Shown: piece by piece, positions 58,489-64,000 of the stretch | How the letters are laid out: each line of letters starts with the position of its first letter | Position numbering within the stretch: position 1 is the stretch's first letter | Assembly (NCBI GenBank): GCA_964489065.1 | Contig: CAZAXH010000002.1 | Span: forward strand, 42,683 to 106,682 | DNA length: 64,000 nucleotides | From: an uncultured Planctomycetales bacterium | Lineage (GTDB): Bacteria > Omnitrophota > Gorgyraeia > Zapsychrales > JANLHA01 | Reading direction: 5' to 3' | Program-made: the position numbers and the translations under genes | Notes under the pieces: generated by a model | Seen by the model: the letters and a program-made list of their open reading frames with translations, nothing else | The model's database searches: none | What the model was told of the DNA's origin: nothing

Positions 58489-59364
58489 ATGGAAAAGTTA
58501 AAATTAGGTCTTCCGAAAGGGAGTTTGCAGGAAGCCACAATCAAGGTGTTCGAGCGGGCCGGGTTTCGGATTTACATGTCGGACCGTTCTTATTTCCCGA
58601 TTATTGACGACGATGCCATTGAGCCCGTTTTGCTGCGGGCTCAGGAGATGTCCCGCTATGTTGAAGAAGGTGTTTTGGACTGCGGTATCACCGGGGCGGA
58701 CTGGGTTTTGGAGAACGAGTCTAAAGTTAAGGCGTTGGCTGATTTGGTTTACGCCAAGCAATCGTCGGTGAAGGTACGCTGGGTTTTGGCTGTCCCCGAG
58801 CACTCGAAGATTAAATCGGTTGAGGATCTGCAAGGGATGCGGATCGCGACGGAACTGGTGAACGTGACCAAAACGTATTTAAAAGCGCATAAGGTTAAAG
58901 CCGAGGTGGAGTTTAGCTGGGGCGCGACCGAGGCCAAAGTGGCGGCGGGGTTGGTGGATGCGGTTGTGGAATTGACCGAGACGGGAACCAGCCTGAGGGC
59001 GAACAAGCTGCGGATTGTGACGACGATTTGTGAGTCCACGACCCAGTTTATCGCCAATCGCGAGAGTTTGCGGGATCCTTGGAAGAAACAGAAGATGGAA
59101 CAGATTGTGATGCTTTTAAAAGGAGCCATTGACGCCAACGGCATGGTGGGGTTAAAATTAAATGTGCATAGAAAAGATTTGGATAAAGTTTTAGCCCGGC
59201 TATCTTCTCTAAAACAGCCTACGATTTCGCATCTGCGTGATGAAGAGTGGCTGGCGGTGGAAACCGTGATTCATGAAGGAAAGGTGCGGACGATTATCCC
59301 CGAGCTTAAGATGGCTGGCGCACAGGGGATCATCGAGTATTCTTTAAACAAAATCATTCTTTAA
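58489..59364 (+). CDS. hisG: ATP phosphoribosyltransferase, long form
   Basis: [15 protein letters not shown]...[10 protein letters not shown]; 291 aa including the C-terminal regulatory domain. Confidence 0.9.
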   Translation: MEKLKLGLPKGSLQEATIKVFERAGFRIYMSDRSYFPIIDDDAIEPVLLRAQEMSRYVEEGVLDCGITGADWVLENESKVKALADLVYAKQSSVKVRWVLAVPEHSKIKSVEDLQGMRIATELVNVTKTYLKAHKVKAEVEFSWGATEAKVAAGLVDAVVELTETGTSLRANKLRIVTTICESTTQFIANRESLRDPWKKQKMEQIVMLLKGAIDANGMVGLKLNVHRKDLDKVLARLSSLKQPTISHLRDEEWLAVETVIHEGKVRTIIPELKMAGAQGIIEYSLNKIIL

Positions 59365-59384
59365 AATTATCAAAGGTTGGACTT

Positions 59385-59486
59385 ATGCCTTGCGGAAAAA
59401 AACGGAAACGCAGAAAAATAACGACTCATAAAAGAAAAAAACAAAGAAAGTCTTTGCGGCATCTTAAAAAACGTGACTGGGCGTAA
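59385..59486 (+). CDS. Unannotated 33-aa ultra-basic small protein, possibly ribosomal protein bS22-like
   Basis: MPCGKKRKRRKITTHKRKKQRKSLRHLKKRDWA is >50% K/R; absent from the ORF track because it is shorter than 60 aa. Confidence 0.35.
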   Translation: MPCGKKRKRRKITTHKRKKQRKSLRHLKKRDWA

Positions 59487-59495
59487 TTTTAAGCC

Positions 59496-60473
59496 ATGCG
59501 GGTATTAAGAAACAAGTTGCTTCCTCTGTGGATCATTGTCTTCGGAAGTTTACTTTGCCTGAATCCAGTGGCCGTTGCGGGGGAAGAAAGCGACCAGGAT
59601 GCGAAGGCTAAAGGGATTGCCCATTATATCATGGCCTTGGTCTATGATTTGCAGGGGATGACGGACAAGGCCATCGATTCTTATAAGACGTCCGCGGAAT
59701 ATTGCGGGCATGCGGACGTGTATTTGCGGTTAGGGGCTGATTATGCTAGGCTCGGAAAGCTGCCCGAATCTATCAGCGCCCTGCAGAAAGTTCTGAACTA
59801 TGACGAAAAGAATATTCAGGCGCGTTATTTGTTAGCGCTGATTTATTCTAGCCAGAAAGATTTTGACCTGGCTGCCAAAGAGTACGAATTGATCCTGACG
59901 TCTTTCTCCGAAACGGATCCCAACAATATCGAAGTTTATATTTCTCTCGGACAGTTGTATTATTCGCAAAAAGAATACCGTAAAGCGATTTTACAGTACG
60001 AGCTTGTTTTGCAGTTATCCCCCAAGAACGCGGATGTCCTGTTTCTCCTCGGTACACTGCATCTCGAATTGGGGGATCGTCCTATGGCCATGGATTATTT
60101 CCTGCGCGCCCTCAAAGTGGACCCGGAACATGACGGAAGTTTAAATTCTTTGGGGTATCTGTACGCTGAAGATGGGGTGCAACTGAAAGAGGCCGAGGAC
60201 ATGGTGAGCCGGGCCATTAAACTGGATCCTGAAAATGGTGCCTACTGGGACAGCTTAGGGTGGATTTATTACAAGCAAGGAGAATATCAAAAAGCCCTGT
60301 CCACGTTCGAAGCCGCTGACAGTTATTTAAAAGACCCGGTGATCTATGAGCATATGGGGGATGCGTATTACATGTTGAAACAGTATGAAGAGGCGAAGAA
60401 GTATTGGAGTTTTTCATTAGATATGCTTCCTGATCAGCAGCGTGTTATCCAGAAGATCGAGAAGCTAAATTGA
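59496..60473 (+). CDS. Secreted TPR-repeat protein
   Basis: Signal peptide followed by at least 7 TPR-like repeats. Confidence 0.7.
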   Translation: MRVLRNKLLPLWIIVFGSLLCLNPVAVAGEESDQDAKAKGIAHYIMALVYDLQGMTDKAIDSYKTSAEYCGHADVYLRLGADYARLGKLPESISALQKVLNYDEKNIQARYLLALIYSSQKDFDLAAKEYELILTSFSETDPNNIEVYISLGQLYYSQKEYRKAILQYELVLQLSPKNADVLFLLGTLHLELGDRPMAMDYFLRALKVDPEHDGSLNSLGYLYAEDGVQLKEAEDMVSRAIKLDPENGAYWDSLGWIYYKQGEYQKALSTFEAADSYLKDPVIYEHMGDAYYMLKQYEEAKKYWSFSLDMLPDQQRVIQKIEKLN

Positions 60474-60525
60474 GTTTCTTGACATCATGGACGTTCGGTA
60501 GTCAGCGTTTGTTAGGTGGTATGGT

Positions 60526-61386
60526 ATGAAATCTGTTACTTTGCGTTCTCCCGCCAAATTGAACCTGTCTTTAAAAGTCCTTCGTAAACGGGCGGATGGT
60601 TATCACGACTTAGAGACCCTTTTTGAAAGAATCAGCCTGTGCGATGCGATCACGTTTAAGGTGACCTCAGACGGAATGATTCGTATCCGTTGCTCCCATC
60701 CCCATGTACCCTGTGGACCCAAGAATTTGATCTTTCGCACAGCCGTTTTGCTGAAGGAAAAATTCGGGGTCAAGTCCGGGGTAGAGGTGTTTTTGGACAA
60801 GCGGATTCCGGTTGCGGCCGGATTGGCCGGGGGATCCAGCAATGCGGCGACGGCTTTAAAAGGTTTAAATAGGCTTTGGGAGCTCAGGCTGTCCTTGGCG
60901 GAAATGGTGGATTTGGCCAAAAAAGTGGGCAGCGATGTCCCGTTTTTCCTGCATGACTGTAGTTGGGCCATGGGATTAAGCCGCGGAGACGAGATCCGCC
61001 GGCTGGATTTAAAGACAAAATTATGGCACATTTTGGTGGTCCCCCGTCTTAAAATGTATAGCTCAGAAGTGTTTGCGAACCTTAATTTGCAGTTGACAAA
61101 GCCGGGGGATGATGTTAATATTCTAATTCGCTATTTAAAGGATAAGAATATTATTAGAGTAGGCAGCTTGTTATGTAACGATCTGGAAAGCAGTATTTTA
61201 GAGCTCCGTTCCTCTCTGCGTGGCATTAGGGAACGACTATTATTATATAAAGAGGTGACCGGGGCGTCGTTTTCTGGAAGTGGCCCGGCCGTATTTGGAA
61301 TAACCCAAAGCCAGCAGCAGGCAGAAAAACTCCAAGCATTGTTGTCGAAAAGATACAGCCAGGTGTATGCCGTAAGAACTCTTTGA
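60526..61386 (+). CDS. ispE: 4-diphosphocytidyl-2-C-methyl-D-erythritol kinase
   Basis: GHMP kinase motif PVAAGLAGGSSNAA; N-terminal KLNLSLKV. Confidence 0.85.
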   Translation: MKSVTLRSPAKLNLSLKVLRKRADGYHDLETLFERISLCDAITFKVTSDGMIRIRCSHPHVPCGPKNLIFRTAVLLKEKFGVKSGVEVFLDKRIPVAAGLAGGSSNAATALKGLNRLWELRLSLAEMVDLAKKVGSDVPFFLHDCSWAMGLSRGDEIRRLDLKTKLWHILVVPRLKMYSSEVFANLNLQLTKPGDDVNILIRYLKDKNIIRVGSLLCNDLESSILELRSSLRGIRERLLLYKEVTGASFSGSGPAVFGITQSQQQAEKLQALLSKRYSQVYAVRTL

Positions 61387-61401
61387 CAGGAGGTTAGCAT
61401 C

Positions 61402-61806
61402 ATGGAAATCACAGAAATTCGCGTATTTTTGAAAGAGGGACAGGACAAAAAGTTGAAGGCTTATACAACCGTTACTTTCGATGATGTTTTCGTTGTCCGG
61501 AACATAAAAGTGATTGAAGGGGCTAATGGCTTGTTTATTGCCATGCCTTCCCGGAAAGTGAAGAGTCCGTGTTCTAAATGTTCTTTTAAAAATGAGGTCG
61601 GAAGCCGATATTGCAATCATTGCGGGGCACAGGTTTCTCCCCAGGCGAAAGACGATGCTGCACGTGATGCGAAGACAGAGCATCGTGATATTGCCCACCC
61701 TGTCACACAGAAGTTTCGTGAATACCTGCAGAGCCGGATTTTAGAAGCGTATAAACAGGAAGTGGAAAACCCTTCCTCTTCCACGATGGATGATGCGGAT
61801 GTTTAA
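61402..61806 (+). CDS. spoVG: Septation protein SpoVG carrying an inserted CxxC...CxxC zinc-ribbon
   Basis: MEITEIRVFL...NGLFIAMPSRK...RDIAHP SpoVG core, with an insertion KSPCSKCSFKNEVGSRYCNHCG between the conserved AMPS and RDIAHP blocks. Confidence 0.8.
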   Translation: MEITEIRVFLKEGQDKKLKAYTTVTFDDVFVVRNIKVIEGANGLFIAMPSRKVKSPCSKCSFKNEVGSRYCNHCGAQVSPQAKDDAARDAKTEHRDIAHPVTQKFREYLQSRILEAYKQEVENPSSSTMDDADV

Positions 61807-61846
61807 GCTGGAGCTGCTTTTTTAGATCATCATTGAGGATTTTTAT

Positions 61847-61921
61847 TGCCCGGTGGTGTAATTGGCAACACACGAGAATTTGGATCTCGTTTTCCTGGTT
61901 CGAGTCCAGGCTGGGCAGCCA
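61847..61921 (+). tRNA. tRNA-Gln (anticodon UUG) with encoded CCA
   Basis: Manual fold: acceptor TGCCCGG/CTGGGCA (U1-A72, G73), D-stem GTGT/ACAC, anticodon stem CGAGA/TCTCG with loop aTTTGGa, T-arm CCTGG-TTCGAGT-CCAGG. Confidence 0.85.
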
Positions 61922-61996
61922 TTTCCCCGGGGGCGGTTATACGGCTGTTCAAAGGAGTCTGCCGGAGTCATAAGACAGAAATGATATTCGTTTTTC

Positions 61997-63253
61997 ATGG
62001 ACCATGTTACGACGATAATTCTTGCAGCAGGTAAAGGGACGCGGATGAAATCCCGGGTTCCTAAAGTTTTACACGCACTATGCGGTAAGCCGATCATTCA
62101 GCATGTCTTGGAAGCGGTTCATGCGGTTGGTTCTTTGAAAACCTATGTTGTTCTGGGCCACCAAAGCGGCCAGGTGAGAGAAGCCTTGGGGCCAGACGTC
62201 ACAACCTATGAGCAGAAGGACCTGTTAGGGACAGCGGATGCTGTCCGCCAGGGAGAGCGTTTCTTCCGGGATTATGCGGGAGATATTCTGATCCTTTGCG
62301 GGGACACGCCGCTGTTGCGAAAAGAAACAATCCGGTCTGTTATCCGGCGGCATAAGCATACGGGGGCGGCCTGCACGTTTTTAACCGCATTCTTGGAAAA
62401 TAGTCATGGCTATGGACGGGTGATTCGTCATGGTTCCGGGAAAGCGGTCGCTATCCGGGAAGAGAAAGATGCCACTTTGGAGGAAAAGAAAATCCGGGAA
62501 ATTAATGTGGGCGTGTACTGTGTGCAGAAAGAAGCCCTGTTCTCCGCCCTCCGGGATGTTCCCTTAAACGCGAAAAAGAAGGAATATTATTTGACTGATA
62601 TGGTGTCGATTTTGGCCCAAAGAGGCGCTAAAATTGAAACCGTGGAAACGCCGGACGCCATGGAGGGGGTGGGGATTAATTCCCGGGAAGACCTGGCTGT
62701 CGCTGAACGGGTTTTGAGATTTCGGGTTTTGAGGAAACTGATGCTCTCGGGGGTGACAATTGTTGACCCTGCTACCACGTATATTGACGGGAAGGTCCGG
62801 ATCGGGCAGGATACGATTATCCATCCCTGCACGGTGATTGAGACAAACGTGACGATCGGCGAACAGTGTGTCATCGGCCCGTTTGCGAGGATCCGGCCCG
62901 GCAGCAGAATCGGGAACCGGGTTCAGATCGGTAATTTTGCCGAGGTGTCGCGTAGTGTGATGGGAGAGCATTGTTTTATGAAACATTTCAGTTTTTTGGG
63001 TGATGCCAGGCTCGGCGCGGATGTTAATATCGGCGCCGGAGTGGTGACAGCGAATTACGACGGAAAGAAAAAAAATCAGACCCGGGTCGGCGCCCGGGCT
63101 TTTGTGGGTTCGGACTCTATTTTGGTGGCGCCGGTTGAAATCGGCCCGGACGCTATGACCGGAGCCGGGTGTGTCGTCACGCGGGGAACCAAAGTTCCTC
63201 CGGGGAACGTTATTGTCGGCGTCCCTGGCCGGATCCGGAAGAAGAAGGAATAA
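61997..63253 (+). CDS. glmU: Bifunctional UDP-GlcNAc pyrophosphorylase / GlcN-1-P acetyltransferase
   Basis: LAAGKGTRMKS nucleotidyltransferase motif plus C-terminal hexapeptide-repeat domain. Confidence 0.85.
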   Translation: MDHVTTIILAAGKGTRMKSRVPKVLHALCGKPIIQHVLEAVHAVGSLKTYVVLGHQSGQVREALGPDVTTYEQKDLLGTADAVRQGERFFRDYAGDILILCGDTPLLRKETIRSVIRRHKHTGAACTFLTAFLENSHGYGRVIRHGSGKAVAIREEKDATLEEKKIREINVGVYCVQKEALFSALRDVPLNAKKKEYYLTDMVSILAQRGAKIETVETPDAMEGVGINSREDLAVAERVLRFRVLRKLMLSGVTIVDPATTYIDGKVRIGQDTIIHPCTVIETNVTIGEQCVIGPFARIRPGSRIGNRVQIGNFAEVSRSVMGEHCFMKHFSFLGDARLGADVNIGAGVVTANYDGKKKNQTRVGARAFVGSDSILVAPVEIGPDAMTGAGCVVTRGTKVPPGNVIVGVPGRIRKKKE

Positions 63254-63282
63254 ACATCAGCTTTTCAAGAGGAGAGGAGAAG

Positions 63283-64000
63283 GGTATGAACGGCAGCATG
63301 GCGGTCTTTAGCGGTAATGCCAACCCCGATTTGGCTCAGGGGATATGCAAATGTCTGCAAGTGCCGCTTGCGGATGTGCTGGTCGGACGATTCAGCGAAG
63401 GTGAAATTCATGTCCGGCTGAAAGACAATGTCCGGGGAAAAGATGTTTTTATCATTCAGCCGACATGCCCTCCCGTGAATGACAATTTGATGGAACTGCT
63501 GGTCATGATGGATGCTGCCCGCCGGGCTTCAGCCAGACGGATCACCGCGGTTATGCCGTATTACGGATATGCCCGGCAGGACCGCAAGGATCAGCCGCGC
63601 GTTCCGATTACGGCGAAACTGGTCGCGAATCTGATTACAGCCGCCGGTGCGAGCCGTATCCTGACGATGGACTTGCACGCCAGCCAGATCCAAGGCTTCT
63701 TTGATATCCCTGTGGATCACTTATACGCGATTAATACGCTGTGCGATTATGTTGACAAAAAGATTCCTTCCTCTAAGCTGGTGGTCGTGTCCCCGGATGT
63801 CGGGAGCCTGAAAATGGCCCGCGCCTATGCCAAAAAACTCAATGCTGGGCTGGCGGTGATTGACAAGCGGCGGACGAGTCCGGAAACGACGGAAGTGATG
63901 CATATTCTTGGTTCGGTCAAGGGGAAGGTTGCGATTATTGTCGATGACATAGTCGCGACGGGAGGGTCCCTGGTTCAGGCGGCGGAAGGGTTGCAGAAAA
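63283..64000 (+). CDS. prs: Ribose-phosphate pyrophosphokinase, 3'-partial (runs off the window)
   Basis: ATG 63283 after GAGGAGAAGG; Prs motifs (VFSGNANPDLA, DLHASQIQGFFDIPVDHL, VDDIVATGGS). Confidence 0.85.

Noticed and set aside
61811-61828. Terminator after spoVG (AGCTGGAGCTGC then TTTTTT)
   Set aside because: The stem is only ~4 bp with a 2-nt loop, too weak to call.
63529-63903. Two minus-strand ORFs (63 and 60 aa) inside prs
   Set aside because: Antisense to the strongly conserved ribose-phosphate pyrophosphokinase reading frame.

Overview
This is a gene-dense, almost entirely plus-strand chromosomal window from a diderm (Gram-negative-type) bacterium, with roughly 50-55% GC. I infer the cell envelope type from the envelope genes, not from any taxonomic marker.

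Gene content, in order:
- A trehalose/alpha-glucan operon of four genes: a TreS-maltokinase fusion (5' truncated by the window edge), GlgB, TreZ and TreY.
- MntP.
- A periplasmic-binding-protein / giant sensor kinase / two-receiver module.
- A B12-binding radical SAM enzyme.
- Housekeeping genes trxA, panD, def and lipA.
- An MlaE/MlaF/MlaD phospholipid-transport cluster.
- yggT, ybaB and greA.
- An LPS-type sugar-modification trio (WbpB-like dehydrogenase, WbpD-like acetyltransferase, GT2).
- rlmB and an HD hydrolase.
- A hybrid histidine kinase with an Hpt protein.
- TPR/GT-C-like membrane proteins.
- An aminotransferase, RlpA, dCMP deaminase, a GH5 hydrolase, and RNA-modification enzymes.
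- An ABC-F ATPase, RmuC, PgeF, CutA, a TlpA-like redoxin and a PpiD-like chaperone.
- hisG, ispE, spoVG, tRNA-Gln(UUG), glmU and prs (3' truncated).

I found no CRISPR array, transposase, integrase or recognisable defence island.

The most unexplained signals are:
- A ~180-270 nt intergenic element present in two copies (after the 16.3-17.1 kb membrane-protein gene and after greA). Both copies start right at an intrinsic terminator. A 10-bp hairpin in the element carries two fully compensatory base-pair changes between the copies, which argues for a structured RNA or protein-binding element.
- SpoVG with an inserted zinc ribbon.
- A 33-aa ultra-basic ORF (bS22-like) that is missing from the ORF track.
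- A perfect 9-1-9 palindromic operator overlapping a -10 box in a small-gene island (PilZ-DUF4032, lipoprotein, cyclophilin-like).
- Two-component modules whose response regulators have no output domain.

All calls rest on reading the sequence and recalling family motifs. No database search was possible.
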